Shown here in pieces: positions 1 through 11,219 of a DNA stretch of 64,000 nt. The stretch is taken from NCBI GenBank assembly GCA_963796275.1, contig CAWCKY010000003.1, positions 1,472,001 to 1,536,000 on the forward strand, read 5' to 3'. The notes beneath the pieces are model-generated. The model had not been told where the DNA came from. It worked only from the letters and a program-made list of their open reading frames with translations, and made no database searches. The first letter of the stretch is position 1. Each line of letters starts with the position of its first letter. The stretch comes from an uncultured Acidobacteriota bacterium (lineage in GTDB: Bacteria > Acidobacteriota > Blastocatellia > RBC074). The position numbers were made by a program, and so were the translations under genes.

Positions 1-876
1 ACATTTCTCCCGCACGGAATGGAGATCGTTTCGGTGCGCGGTCGGGAAAGCCGCTATCCGAAGCAATCTTATCGTTCGGAAAACGTAAATCCCGAATCTA
101 TGCCGCTCGTTATCCTGATCAACAATGAAACGGCCTCAGCCTCGGAGATAGTCGCGGGGGCGATGCAGGATAGCGATCGCGCCTGGATTGTCGGTGAAGA
201 GAGCTTCGGAAAAGGCCTGGTGCAGACCGTCTTTCGCTTGCGCGGCGGCACCGGCCTCACCCTGACGACGGCGAAATATTACACGCCGAGCGGGCGCTCG
301 ATTCAGCGAGCATATAATGGCGTCGGGTTTTACGACTACTTCTACGCGCGCCGCGGCGAGCAGTCGGGCGAACATGCGGACGATTCATCCGGCGGTGGGA
401 AATCGGGTACTTCGCGCACCCCGACGGGCAGAGAAGTGCAGAGCGGAGGCGGCATCAAACCGGATACGACGGTCAAGATCGCCGAAGAGGATATCCGTCT
501 ACGCGATGCGTGTTTCGAATTCGCGCGTCTTCTGGTCGTCGGTCTTCTTCCTGAACTCGCTCAGTACAAGGTTAAACGGACCGAGTATGGTTATCGTCTG
601 CGGGGAAATGAATTTCAGGCCACTGATCAGCTCATCGCGGCTTTCCGGAAATACGCGGCGGAACACCACGAATTACAGGTGAGCGAGAGTCAGATCAGCA
701 AAAAATTAGATAACGTCCGCCGCCGAATCCGCGCCGAGGTCATAACCGCCGCTTACGGTATTGAGGTCGCTGAAGAGTTCTTAATGGAAAGCGATCAGCA
801 GGCATTGCGAGCCATCGATGATATGCCAAAGGCTAAACACCTACGCGATCAGGCCCGGCTATTCATCCAAAAATAG
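1..876 (+). CDS. ctpA: S41 family carboxyl-terminal processing protease (5'-truncated by window edge)
   Basis: Frame open from base 1; catalytic motifs TASASEIVAGAMQD and SFGKGLVQTV, plus TTAKYYTPSGRSIQ. Confidence 0.9.
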   Translation, partial: TFLPHGMEIVSVRGRESRYPKQSYRSENVNPESMPLVILINNETASASEIVAGAMQDSDRAWIVGEESFGKGLVQTVFRLRGGTGLTLTTAKYYTPSGRSIQRAYNGVGFYDYFYARRGEQSGEHADDSSGGGKSGTSRTPTGREVQSGGGIKPDTTVKIAEEDIRLRDACFEFARLLVVGLLPELAQYKVKRTEYGYRLRGNEFQATDQLIAAFRKYAAEHHELQVSESQISKKLDNVRRRIRAEVITAAYGIEVAEEFLMESDQQALRAIDDMPKAKHLRDQARLFIQK

Positions 877-1081
877 GGAGGCGATATTTGCCAATAGGGC
901 ATACATTAAATTGGTCATTTATGCATTCTTCGTAAGCTTTACCATCCTGGTTCCTTCTTGACCTGTGAAACCAAAAAAAGCATTATAGGCAGTCCTTAAG
1001 ACTCCGAATTAGAATGAATCCGACCAACCAGACTGAAATGTCGAATGAAAGTATAAAACTCTACCGGGCTGGCCTATTCTG

Positions 1082-1846
1082 ATGAATCTGATCACGCTTG
1101 CCGTTTATCAAGTACAGGAACTCACACTACTGACCTGGCGCGCGCTGCGCAGCATCTTCCGTCCGCCCTTCTATCTGCGAGAGACGATCCACCAGATGGA
1201 TATCACGGGATTCGGCAGCTTGACGATCATTCTGCTAACGGGTTTTTTCACGGGGGCTGTACTTGCGCTTAACACTGGGACCACGCTGCAAAAGTTCGGC
1301 GTGCAGAATGTCTCGGGCCAGTTGGTGGCGCTCAGCCTGATTCGAGAATTGGGGCCGGTATTGACCTGCCTGATGATGGCCGGAAGAGTCGGCTCGGGAA
1401 TCGCGGCTGAGCTCGGATCGATGATCGTCAGCGAACAGATAGATGCCATGCGCGCGCTGGGAACCGATCCGATCAAAAAGCTGGTCATCCCACGCATCCT
1501 GGCATTGGTGACGATGGCCCCGACCCTGACGATCATCTGCGATATGGTCGGGACGCTCGGCGGATTGGTCACCGCTATAACCTTTCAGGGCATGGCATCA
1601 TCGGTTTATCTGGCTTCGGCCAAAACTGCGGTCGACTTCAATGAGATCATCGGCGGGTTGATCAAACCGATCGTCTTCGGTTTTATAATAGCGATCATCG
1701 GATGTTATAAGGGGCTTAGTACGACAGGAGGGACGGTGGGAGTCGGCCGTGCGACCACACAGGCAGTCGTCGTCGCCTCGATCCTTATCATCACCGTCGA
1801 TTTTCTGCTGCAGAAGTTGATCATCTCTCTCCTTCTCCAACCCTGA
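1082..1846 (+). CDS. mlaE: MlaE family ABC transporter permease
   Basis: [32 protein letters not shown] and [11 protein letters not shown] motifs; multiple TM segments. Confidence 0.93.
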   Translation: MNLITLAVYQVQELTLLTWRALRSIFRPPFYLRETIHQMDITGFGSLTIILLTGFFTGAVLALNTGTTLQKFGVQNVSGQLVALSLIRELGPVLTCLMMAGRVGSGIAAELGSMIVSEQIDAMRALGTDPIKKLVIPRILALVTMAPTLTIICDMVGTLGGLVTAITFQGMASSVYLASAKTAVDFNEIIGGLIKPIVFGFIIAIIGCYKGLSTTGGTVGVGRATTQAVVVASILIITVDFLLQKLIISLLLQP

Positions 1847-1853
1847 TGAATTT

Positions 1854-2663
1854 ATGATGAACAAACTGAATGCCATCGAGTTTAAAGATGTCTCTCTTGC
1901 ATTCGGTGAGCGAGTGATACTCAATCGCGTAAGCATAGACGTACATTACGGAGAGTCTAAAATCGTCATGGGCGGCTCCGGCATGGGCAAATCAACTTTG
2001 CTTCGCCTGGTGCTGGGGCTGCTCAAGCCGGATTCGGGCCGGATTTTCATCGACGGAGAAGATGTTACCGATTACTCGGAAGATCAGATGATCGAGGTGC
2101 GCCGGAAGATCGGCATGGTCTTTCAGGAAGGCGCGCTTTTTGATAGTCTTTCGGTCTATGACAACGTTGCCTACCGGTTGCGCGAACAGCATCTGCCCGA
2201 GTCGGAGATCGAACCCGTCGTGATCCGGATGTTGCGCTTTGTGGATCTGGAAGATGCCGTTGATAAAATGCCCAATGAATTGTCGGGCGGCATGCGACGC
2301 CGCGTCGGTATTGCGCGCGCTCTGGTCGGAAACCCGAAAATCATTCTATATGATGAGCCGACCGCCGGTCTGGATCCGATCACTGCGCGCACTATCTGCG
2401 AGCTTGCACTAAAACTGCGAGACCTGGAAGATGTCTCTTCGATCTTCGTCACACACCGTCTGCAGGATATTGAAGTCCTTTCGCGTGAATATGTGATACG
2501 CGACGATAAAGGCGACCTCATCTTCGAGCAAGAAGGAGACAATCTGTGTCTGGTCAATACTCGATTTATAATGCTAAAAGACGGCGACGTAATATTCAGC
2601 GGGACGGATGAAGAGATGCGTCTTTCGGGCGATGCATATATCAGGAGATTCCTTGCCGGATGA
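1854..2663 (+). CDS. mlaF: MlaF/Mkl family ABC transporter ATP-binding protein
   Basis: Walker A GGSGMGKS, signature LSGGMRRRV, Walker B ILYDEPT; lies between mlaE and an MCE gene. Confidence 0.93.
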   Translation: MMNKLNAIEFKDVSLAFGERVILNRVSIDVHYGESKIVMGGSGMGKSTLLRLVLGLLKPDSGRIFIDGEDVTDYSEDQMIEVRRKIGMVFQEGALFDSLSVYDNVAYRLREQHLPESEIEPVVIRMLRFVDLEDAVDKMPNELSGGMRRRVGIARALVGNPKIILYDEPTAGLDPITARTICELALKLRDLEDVSSIFVTHRLQDIEVLSREYVIRDDKGDLIFEQEGDNLCLVNTRFIMLKDGDVIFSGTDEEMRLSGDAYIRRFLAG

Positions 2664-2813
2664 GTGAAGAAAGGAGAAAACAGGCGAAAGAGCATGTCAG
2701 AGGTCAGGGAGACAGAACGTAAGAGACGGCGTGAAAGACTTTATGTTATATTCCGGCTTCTATATTCTGACTTCTCTCTTCTAAATTAAACATTTCGCTT
2801 TTGGAGGTAATTT

Positions 2814-3959
2814 ATGCCGCAAAACAAGCCGAAAAGTTTATCCGAAATGCGCGTCGGGGTACTTGTCGTCGCTGCGCTGGCGATTTTGATTTTCGTCATA
2901 TTCGCCGTGGCCGGTGACATCAGGATACCCGGCCTGACCAGGACAACAATTGTCAAAACGGAGATGACCAACATTGATGGTCTTCGAAAAGGCGCTGAAG
3001 TGCGGCTCTCGGGTAAAAAAGTCGGAAGCGTCAAAGAGATAAACTTCTCCAGTCAAATACCGAGCGATCAGAACGCGCGCAATAATCTGGAGATCGTCAT
3101 GGAGATCGATGGCAAACTCGATTCACGTCCTGCCATCGAGCGTATCCGCACCGATTCGCAGGCGGTCCTGAAGAGCGCCGGAGTGCTCGGCGATTACGTA
3201 ATCGACATTACTCCCGGAACGCTCAGCCGAGGGCAGCCGATCAAAGACGGTGATCGGATCAAGAGCATCGAGCAAAAGAGCGTCGGCGACATCATCAATG
3301 CCGCGCAGACCGCCCTCGGAAATCTGAATGATATATCGGATGATATCAAAACGATGACCGGTACTCTCAGGCGTGGTGAAGGATCGATGGGAAGATTTTT
3401 GAACGACGAAGCCTTCTACGTCGATCTCGACCAGGCGGTTCGCCAGGCGGAGAGCCTGATGCGGGATATCCAGCAAGGCGAGGGTACCATCGGGAAACTG
3501 ATCAAAGACCCCTCCCTTCACGATAAAACGGCCGAAACGATCGCTCAATTGCAGAAGATCACCGATCAGCTCGGCGATCAGATCGCAACGGGTAAAGGTA
3601 CGATCGGCAAACTGATTAAAGATGAAGAGCTTTACAATCGCATGAATTCGCTCGTCGCGAGACTTGACGATACATCAGGCCGGCTCGACCGCACCATGGG
3701 AAAGATCGAACGCGGGGAAGGGAACCTTGGTAAGCTATTGAATGACGAGCAGCTTTTTACAGACGCCAGGGATACGGTAACGAAATTGAAGGGAATCACC
3801 GATAGACTTGAGCGCGGTGAGGGCTCGGCCGGACTGTTGCTGACGGATGAGAGACTCTACAACAATGTGAACAACCTGTCGGCGGAGCTCACCAGGATGC
3901 TGTACGATTTTCGGCAGAATCCGAGAAAGTATCTCTCAGTCAAGGTTGCGCTGTTCTGA
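2814..3959 (+). CDS. mlaD: MlaD/MCE family protein with long helical repeat extension
   Basis: N-terminal TM; [21 protein letters not shown] motif; [13 protein letters not shown]; five GxGxxGxxxxDxxLx repeats. Confidence 0.88.
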   Translation: MPQNKPKSLSEMRVGVLVVAALAILIFVIFAVAGDIRIPGLTRTTIVKTEMTNIDGLRKGAEVRLSGKKVGSVKEINFSSQIPSDQNARNNLEIVMEIDGKLDSRPAIERIRTDSQAVLKSAGVLGDYVIDITPGTLSRGQPIKDGDRIKSIEQKSVGDIINAAQTALGNLNDISDDIKTMTGTLRRGEGSMGRFLNDEAFYVDLDQAVRQAESLMRDIQQGEGTIGKLIKDPSLHDKTAETIAQLQKITDQLGDQIATGKGTIGKLIKDEELYNRMNSLVARLDDTSGRLDRTMGKIERGEGNLGKLLNDEQLFTDARDTVTKLKGITDRLERGEGSAGLLLTDERLYNNVNNLSAELTRMLYDFRQNPRKYLSVKVALF

Positions 3960-4005
3960 TGGCGATTTGCGGATTGAGATTAGCCACATCTCAATCCGCA
4001 CTCAA

Positions 4006-4371
4006 TCATTTCATCGGGTAACCCTTCTCTTTCCAGGCTTTGATTCCGCCGATCATTGAATAGACGTTGAGATATCCCATTTTTTGCAGGTTGTCTGCGG
4101 CCAGCGCCGAGCGATAACCGCCGCCACAGTAGAGGACGATCTCGGAATCTTTGGCTGGCGCGCACTTTTCTACATCGCGTTCGATTATTCCGCGGCCCAG
4201 ATGCTCGGCGCCGGCGGCATGACCTTGATCCCATTCGCGGTCTTCACGAACATCGATGAAATGAAACTCCTCACCGGCATCGAGTTTTTGTTTGACCTCC
4301 TGAGCGGATATTTCGCGGATGCGGGATCTGGCATCTTCACAAAGTTTTTCAAAAGCCTCTGAATGTTGCAC
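4006..4371 (-). CDS. Rhodanese-like domain protein (sulfurtransferase)
   Basis: IDVREDREW...GH, active loop YCGGGYRS, GGIKAW; GTG start after a GGAG RBS. Confidence 0.9.
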   Translation of the reverse strand: MQHSEAFEKLCEDARSRIREISAQEVKQKLDAGEEFHFIDVREDREWDQGHAAGAEHLGRGIIERDVEKCAPAKDSEIVLYCGGGYRSALAADNLQKMGYLNVYSMIGGIKAWKEKGYPMK

Positions 4372-4429
4372 TGTTGCTCCCTTTCTGAATTCTTATATTT
4401 CAAATCTCGTATCGATTTGGGAGAAATAG

Positions 4430-5446
4430 ATGACCAAGCTTGCTATTCCTTTTCTTCTCTTTTTGTTTCCCGTCCTGGTTTTAGCGCAAGTCAGCCATTC
4501 CGGCAAGCATCCCGGAAAACAACCTCTCGCTCACACCTATTCGATCGTCGCCCGCGATCCTGAGACCGGGCAGCTCGGAGTCGCCGTCCAATCGCACTGG
4601 TTCTCCGTCGGTTCGGTCGTCCCATGGGCAGAGGCCGGTGTTGGCGCAGTCGCTACCCAGTCGATCGTCGATCCGGCATATGGTCCTCTCGGTCTAACAT
4701 TGATGCGGGCGGGGAAGAGCGCGCCCGAAGCCCTGCAATCATTGCTGGCAAGCGATGCGCAGGCTTCCCTCAGGCAGGTAGCCATGATAGATGCGCAGGG
4801 CCGCGTTGCCACGCATACCGGTAAAGATTGCATCATTGCCGCCGGACACCGAAACGGCGTGAACTATTCGGTTCAAGCAAACCTCATGCTGAAAGATACA
4901 GTTTGGGACGCCATGGCCAAAGCTTTCGAGAACGCGAAAGGCGAGCTGGCGGACCGGCTGATCGCCGCGCTCGAGGCGGCCGAGGGCGAAGGCGGGGACA
5001 TTCGCGGTAAACAATCAGCGGCGATCCTGGTTGTCAGCGGTAAGCCGACAGGAAGACAGTGGGCCGACCGGCTCTTCGATCTGCGGGTGGATGATCACGC
5101 CCAGCCCGTCGTCGAACTGAAGCGGTTGGTCAAACTGCAGCGAGCCTACAATCACATGAACTATGGCGATGAGTTGTTCGGCAAAGGTGACATTGCCGGT
5201 GCCGTGAGGGAATACGGCGCTGCAGAAGCCATCGTACCCGACAACGTTGAGATGGTTTTCTGGCACGCGGTTACGCTGGTAAATGCCAAGAAGATCGATG
5301 AGGCTTTACCGCTCTTCCGCCGCGTTTTCGCCGCGGATCGCAATTGGGCCACACTGATACCGAGACTCCCGAAGTCCAATATGTTGCCCGATGACAAGCT
5401 GTTGATCGACCGTATCTTATCAGTGGCTCAAACCGGTGATCGATAG
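4430..5446 (+). CDS. Exported DUF1028 (Ntn-hydrolase-like) protein with C-terminal TPR-like helices
   Basis: Signal peptide; HTYSIVARDPETGQLGVAVQS, GAVATQ, GGDIRGKQSAA, DLRVDDH motifs. Confidence 0.85.
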   Translation: MTKLAIPFLLFLFPVLVLAQVSHSGKHPGKQPLAHTYSIVARDPETGQLGVAVQSHWFSVGSVVPWAEAGVGAVATQSIVDPAYGPLGLTLMRAGKSAPEALQSLLASDAQASLRQVAMIDAQGRVATHTGKDCIIAAGHRNGVNYSVQANLMLKDTVWDAMAKAFENAKGELADRLIAALEAAEGEGGDIRGKQSAAILVVSGKPTGRQWADRLFDLRVDDHAQPVVELKRLVKLQRAYNHMNYGDELFGKGDIAGAVREYGAAEAIVPDNVEMVFWHAVTLVNAKKIDEALPLFRRVFAADRNWATLIPRLPKSNMLPDDKLLIDRILSVAQTGDR

Positions 5447-5579
5447 ACGGAAGCTAGTTCGGCTCTCCCGACCAGCAAAAACCAGTACCACTCAAAATTC
5501 GTTTTTATAAAAAAAGTCAAAAAATATAGCCATAGGCAAGAGGAGCGATAGCCAGGGATCTCCCCGTGATCGCTTGATG

Positions 5580-6581
5580 TCATTCCCCTCTTCGCCTTCT
5601 GACCTTTATGATGGATCTGCTGAGCGTTTCTAGTTCTCCAGTAGAGCTGATTCCGCTTACTGACAACATATTGTCTCCGTTTGCGAATTTGCGGGAGGGG
5701 ATTCTCACCATAATGTCAGGGGATTCGCTGGATCGTGGTCTGATGCCTTTCCTGCTGAACAATTCCTTTCCGTCCACTCTCAGTAACATTACTTGATAGT
5801 CAGGGAACCTCTGCTCTGACGGGTTCAACAGCAACCTGACCTCTTCAACACCCCGTGGAATGATCAATACCGGAGTCTCCTGCCCCGGGTCCCGGAAGAC
5901 ACTTATCGTAAGCGGGAAGATGATCGATGCCGGCTCGGACCGGGTTGAGCCAGCTTCTACCACCGCCTGTGCCTGCAGTTGATCCTGTAAACGCGTGCGC
6001 TCTTCGGTCAATTCTTGCGCCCGCGTTTCCAGGTCGGCGATCTTCTGCACCAGCGCATGCGCGCTCTGCCGTTGAGCTTCAACTTCCCGTTGCGTCTCCG
6101 CCAGTTGGGCGCGCAACCGTGAATTCCGATTGACTGACCACATCCCGATGGATGCTATGAACAATGCGGCGATGGTGGAGGCAAGTCTCAATGCCAGGCG
6201 GCGGCCATCAATCCTGTCTATGAGTTGAGACCACTGGGAGACGACCTTCTGGCCACGATCGGTCCGCACATCCGCCGACCGTTCTACGGAATTCCGCGCG
6301 GATAGCTCCTCATCCAAAACTTGAGCAAAGGCTTGGGAGAATTTGACATGCCTGCGTCGCTGTGGGTTCGCCAGATAAGCTATCTCAAAGCGCTCGCGAT
6401 CTGCTTGAGATAGAGCGCCGCGCGCGTATCTATCGATTAAATCATCCTCGGCTTTACGGAGCTGATCGTATTTGGACCCGTCGAGGAAATACTCATCCTC
6501 AATTGCGGTCTGCTCCGCCGTTGAGAGATCACCCAGCAGATAACGTTTGATCAACTCTTCAGGCCTCTGAGCTTTCTCCAT
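5580..6581 (-). CDS. Putative single-pass anti-sigma-like membrane protein with coiled coil
   Basis: N-terminus IKRYLLGDLS..EQ..IE..Y..D......AEDDLIDRYARGALS..DRERFE..YL..P.RR, then TM helix, coiled coil and beta-rich C-domain; ATG 6581 preferred over 6728. Confidence 0.6.
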   Translation of the reverse strand: MEKAQRPEELIKRYLLGDLSTAEQTAIEDEYFLDGSKYDQLRKAEDDLIDRYARGALSQADRERFEIAYLANPQRRRHVKFSQAFAQVLDEELSARNSVERSADVRTDRGQKVVSQWSQLIDRIDGRRLALRLASTIAALFIASIGMWSVNRNSRLRAQLAETQREVEAQRQSAHALVQKIADLETRAQELTEERTRLQDQLQAQAVVEAGSTRSEPASIIFPLTISVFRDPGQETPVLIIPRGVEEVRLLLNPSEQRFPDYQVMLLRVDGKELFSRKGIRPRSSESPDIMVRIPSRKFANGDNMLSVSGISSTGELETLSRSIIKVRRRRGE

Positions 6582-7084
6582 AACATCCCCTACCCTGAGA
6601 AGTAGAATCCCGTTAACTTCCCTTTTTCGACGAGACTTGAAGATTAAAAGATAAATTGTCTGATTACCAATTTTGTGTTTTTGCGCCTGTACATATACAA
6701 GTGGCTGAACCGCGGCTTTCCATGACATTCACTTTAACTTTTTTTCAATGCGATTAGTGATGAACAGCTCAAGTTTTCGCGGATATTAGCTTGGCGCGGC
6801 CGAACTGGCATGGTTTTCCATTCAACTACGAGATTAAACCAGTTGATATGAAACTACCCGAGAAATTGTCCGCCGCGGGGAGAGCCGCAAAAACGGTAGG
6901 AGAGAGGCAAGTGCTGCGCTTATAAGACATCAGGTTTGATTCTCGCCACCTAAGCTTGTTGGCTCAGGTGGCGATTCTCGGTTTGTGCGATTCCCCGCAA
7001 GGAATCATGAGCGAATGACTCGCCCGGCGAGCTACTCGCGTTAATTAACACTGACCGGGCTATGGCTGATATTTATCCTGTATT

Positions 7085-8101
7085 TTATTTCATTGACCTG
7101 GAAAGTCGGTTAGTTTCTGTGCGACGGATTTGAGCGGCTTTCGACAGATCGACTTCAATCCTGTTGCCGTTGACCAGAATGGTTGAGCCATCAACCAATT
7201 TTTGGTTCGTAATATCGAAGTTGAACAACTTTTCCACCAGGTCATAAGGAGCAAATATCTCTAAGACTTCTACATTTGGCCTCTGATTTTCATTTGGTCT
7301 CGGATTTCGCCTGGTCGGGGGGAGAATCTCTCGGTAGAAAATCCTCGCCCTGACTTTAATCCCATAAATCCCGTTGGCTTTTGTGATCACCGGCGCGACC
7401 TTGTCAAAAGCGGGCAAAACGATGTCCCTCAAAACAGTAGCGACCCTGGCAGCCTGTTTGAAATCACGAGAATTGAATTCGGGGATCTGAGACGCGGGTG
7501 AAAAAGCGATATATTTCTTCCCTTGAAATTCTGCGATGCCCATCTCGTCATCGTTGTAATCCAAACCTTTCACCAATTGAAACTGCTTATCCCGGGGGAT
7601 TTCCGCAAGCACGCCGGAAAACTTTCTTGGCAATAACTTTTCCGTTAATGCTTTGAATTCCTCGCTGGATTCGAACGACTCAGCGGAGCCGAAGAACACG
7701 AGTTGTTCCAAGGCCTCTTCCAAATCAGGTATAACAGACGCGAATCGGAGCTTGACGTAGGCTAAATTGCTCCGAAACTCGATCTCTGTGTACGCTTTTT
7801 CCTTGATGGACTTTTCGTAAAAAACTGTGAGCAAAGGCGGCCACCCGCGTAACTGCCAATCGGATTCCCCTTCGACTATGATCGTCTCTCCGACTACTGA
7901 CACGTTTGCGGTGTAAATCGGTACTCTGCCCCTAAAGCTGTAGTCCTCATATTTGAGTAGTTGGCGTGGAATCTTGATAACTACTGGCTGCGTTTTATTC
8001 AGGGTAATTTCGTTGTCGGAACCGACCGCCACGCCGCTGGCAACGCACAACAGCAAGTAGCAGCCGAAATGCAAGAATAAGCAACGAGTAAATCTTGTCA
8101 T
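7085..8101 (-). CDS. Hypothetical exported protein
   Basis: Long ORF with a signal-like hydrophobic N-terminus from ATG 8101; no motif recognised. Confidence 0.6.
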   Translation of the reverse strand: MTRFTRCLFLHFGCYLLLCVASGVAVGSDNEITLNKTQPVVIKIPRQLLKYEDYSFRGRVPIYTANVSVVGETIIVEGESDWQLRGWPPLLTVFYEKSIKEKAYTEIEFRSNLAYVKLRFASVIPDLEEALEQLVFFGSAESFESSEEFKALTEKLLPRKFSGVLAEIPRDKQFQLVKGLDYNDDEMGIAEFQGKKYIAFSPASQIPEFNSRDFKQAARVATVLRDIVLPAFDKVAPVITKANGIYGIKVRARIFYREILPPTRRNPRPNENQRPNVEVLEIFAPYDLVEKLFNFDITNQKLVDGSTILVNGNRIEVDLSKAAQIRRTETNRLSRSMK

Positions 8102-8940
8102 AGGCTGAACCTTTCTGAATCGAGAGATAACAGGAGGGCAACTGCGCGACTCCACCGCGAAGTTGTCTTCCGCTCGAACCGTGTAATAATCTCCTAATTT
8201 CTTCGGGGTCAGTTAAGTTGTAATCTGGACTTTCTGCATCAATTCTACGCGGAGCGCCGCTCGGAGGCGAGAGCGCGCGGAGCTTTTTTTGCCTTTTTCA
8301 CGCTCCATTGCCGCAAGCAAACATGGCACTGGAATCTTCATTGCATTGCGGTGCTGCTGAACATCCGCATTGGTGTGATTTATCAATACGTATCTAAAAC
8401 CTTTTGATTACCGATCTGGTGTATGCGGACGAAGACCAATACATACGAGCGATCAGGGCTCAGGCCAGGGAAACATGCGCAACCTGAGAGCGGCAAAGCG
8501 GATAGATTTAGAGAGGAAATGCGTGAGAAGAGCGCGATGATCATTCAAAAGCCATTGGACACCGTTATTAATCGAACCTACCTTCCTCACCGGCCGTGAG
8601 CGCTAAAATGAGATCCTATCCGACTTGAAATTCTCCTGCCCGAGATGGATTAGGTTGGCGGCCAGAGTTGCATATCCGCCTTTGATGTCGGTCGTACCGC
8701 GACCGTAAAAATAACCATCGCACTAGAGATAGCTCGCCTGATCGCTCTATAGTTTAGCCTCCAAATAAAACCAGCTATATATCCTCCTCAAGTTTTGAAA
8801 TTCGGGAACGCCTGAAAATTTTTATCAATTCACATTTGAATCGGTGACATGCCTTGAAGCCCTCGATTCACTCAATGGTTGAAGAAGATAAATTAACTGG
8901 CTTCTACCACGATGGCAGAAGCGCGACGTGCCCCTGAGGA

Positions 8941-10242
8941 GTGCTGCTTATTATGTTTCGAGTTCCGGTAGAGCCGACGAGAACGACAATTGATGATGTC
9001 GCACCGCGGCTGGACGATGGACAGCTTTCTCAACGAACCGCTAACGCCGGCGAAATCTCCTCACCTCCTCCAAATAAAAACTCGAATTGGAGCGGATTGA
9101 TGGGGCGTCCGTTGCCGAGATGGGCGTGGCCAGTTGTGGCAGCGACTGGGGCGCTCATCGTTCTCCTCCTCCCGCTCCTTTTTTATCGAGCGCCGGGATT
9201 CACTGTCGTGGTGAGAAGTGTGCCGCCAGACAGCCGAATCTACATCGACGACGTGCCGCGTGGTATCCCCGGCGGCGAGAGAGGCGGGGATACCGCGACA
9301 GCATTAATCAGGGCGCATGGATTGAGATCGGGCGTCAGCCATACCGTTCGCGTAAGTTGTGGAGGTGGTGACGCCTCGCTCTATCTCGCGAATGGCACTT
9401 CGGTCAACGACGTATCGGCCCAGGATGGAGAGGTGGTTGACTTGACGGTAAAGAACTGCGGCCCACCGCCGGCCGAGATCGATTACAACGGCAAAATGCG
9501 CTTCATTGCGAGAGGCGCATTTCTGATGGGCGATAATCAGGGACGGCCTAATGAGAAGCCGGCTCGCCTGGTGGAGATAGATTACGACTATTACATCGAC
9601 AAGTACGAGGTTACCAATCAGCAATACCGAGCTTTTTCTAACAGCCGGATAGGCCGGGCCTTCCCCCGTGAGCCTGAGTGGGATGCCGATTATTCGGCGA
9701 AGCTGGATCATCCGGTTGCCGGAATTTCTTGGAATGACGCCAGAGCATTTTGTGAGGAGTGGGCGAAGAAGCGCTTGCCGACAGAAGAGGAATGGGAAAA
9801 GGCCGCTTCTTGGGATCCGAAGGCTTCCGAGGCCTCGCCAGTCTGGAAACGCAAATGGCCGTGGGGGAATGCATTCGATCCTGACCTCGTAAATTTCAGG
9901 TCGGGTCGTCCGATGCCGGTTGGCCAATTGTCCGACGGCGTGAGCGCGTACGGAGTGCTCGATATGGCCGGCAACATCGGCGAATGGGTCTCCGACGTTT
10001 ATCAGGCCTATCCGGGTAATCCGATTTCAGATCCAAACTACAGCGGTTCGTATCGGGTGCTTCGCGGCGGGACTTTCAAGACCACCGATGAAGATGGACT
10101 TCGCACGACTCGACGAAGTTTTGGGCCGCCTGCATTCAGCCCCGCCGAAAGTTCAGGCGCTATTTCTTTCATAGGTTTCAGGTGCGCGGTGAGAAGCGAT
10201 GATGCCGGTCTGCAGAATCACTTGAGGGGTGCGAATAGATAA
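8941..10242 (+). CDS. Membrane-anchored PEGA-like + FGE-sulfatase (SUMF1/TagR-like) domain protein
   Basis: TM helix; GAFLMG, YIDKYEVTN, HPVAGISWNDA, RLPTEEEWEKAA, DMAGNIGEW, RVLRGG, IGFRC motifs; start uncertain. Confidence 0.85.
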   Translation: MLLIMFRVPVEPTRTTIDDVAPRLDDGQLSQRTANAGEISSPPPNKNSNWSGLMGRPLPRWAWPVVAATGALIVLLLPLLFYRAPGFTVVVRSVPPDSRIYIDDVPRGIPGGERGGDTATALIRAHGLRSGVSHTVRVSCGGGDASLYLANGTSVNDVSAQDGEVVDLTVKNCGPPPAEIDYNGKMRFIARGAFLMGDNQGRPNEKPARLVEIDYDYYIDKYEVTNQQYRAFSNSRIGRAFPREPEWDADYSAKLDHPVAGISWNDARAFCEEWAKKRLPTEEEWEKAASWDPKASEASPVWKRKWPWGNAFDPDLVNFRSGRPMPVGQLSDGVSAYGVLDMAGNIGEWVSDVYQAYPGNPISDPNYSGSYRVLRGGTFKTTDEDGLRTTRRSFGPPAFSPAESSGAISFIGFRCAVRSDDAGLQNHLRGANR

Positions 10243-10322
10243 AAAGATTTCCGTCAGTTATCAAATGCAAAACGAACTATCCAGCAGAAACTGGAACCTT
10301 TTGAGTGAAGTGAGGGAAGGTC

Positions 10323-11051
10323 ATGATCCTAAAACACAAGATTTTTTTCGCCACCTTTCTGGGACTAATTTGCTCTCTACTGCTTGTTCGGGGCGCATCA
10401 GCCCAGGAAAACGATTACGGCACGTGGAAAAAGGCGGAGGTTATCACCAGGCCGGCGGCCAAAGGCAGACCCCGACCGTTCCGGATCAAATCGCCTTTGT
10501 TAACTATGCGCTGGCAGTTTTTTGTCGCAGGCGAAACGACTGAAGAGGCAATCGATCCGGCGAGACGAACCTTCGTCGACGATGAATTGGTACGGATCGC
10601 GGTCCAGGTTAATCAAATAGGATACGTCTATGTCATCAATCATACGGTGAAGCATGACAACAGCATCGAAGGCCCGTTTCTCATCTCTAGAGGACACTAT
10701 CAGATCAAAAAGGATCAACAACTGGTGCTACCTCTGCTATGCCCCGACCCGAATCGAATAAATGGCAAATGCTGGTGGCGGACCAAATCGCCGCCGGGAC
10801 GAGAAGTAGTCACCATCATTTTCAGCAGGGATGAGATTGAAGAATGGAAATATCCGGACACCAGCGAAGGGGATTCGCTGGTGAGCGAATCCCTGATTTA
10901 TTCCCTGACGCGCGAATCCCCGGATACAAACCGGAAGATATTGATGGGACCGCTTCAGAGGACCAATCGGGGACAGATCACGGAGGTATGGAATCCCAAT
11001 CCGAAACGTAACGAAGTGCTGGTTGAAAGAATCGAATTCGCTCACGAATAA
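10323..11051 (+). CDS. Exported DUF4384-like protein
   Basis: Signal peptide ending ASA-Q; F..DELVRIAVQVNQIGYVYVIN and PPGREVVTIIFS match the DUF4384 pattern. Confidence 0.7.
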   Translation: MILKHKIFFATFLGLICSLLLVRGASAQENDYGTWKKAEVITRPAAKGRPRPFRIKSPLLTMRWQFFVAGETTEEAIDPARRTFVDDELVRIAVQVNQIGYVYVINHTVKHDNSIEGPFLISRGHYQIKKDQQLVLPLLCPDPNRINGKCWWRTKSPPGREVVTIIFSRDEIEEWKYPDTSEGDSLVSESLIYSLTRESPDTNRKILMGPLQRTNRGQITEVWNPNPKRNEVLVERIEFAHE

Positions 11052-11219
11052 CTGAAGAGTGTGCAACCTGAAAGTTACTTGTTATCAAAGTTCTGATCGG
11101 CTCCCAAGGAGACGGATGACTATTGCTCCGATATATATCGCTCAGGGCGTAGCTGGATCTAGAACTATGGAGCTCAGTCTTTAGTATGCACAACCTTCAA
11201 TAACTGAATGAGGTACTAA

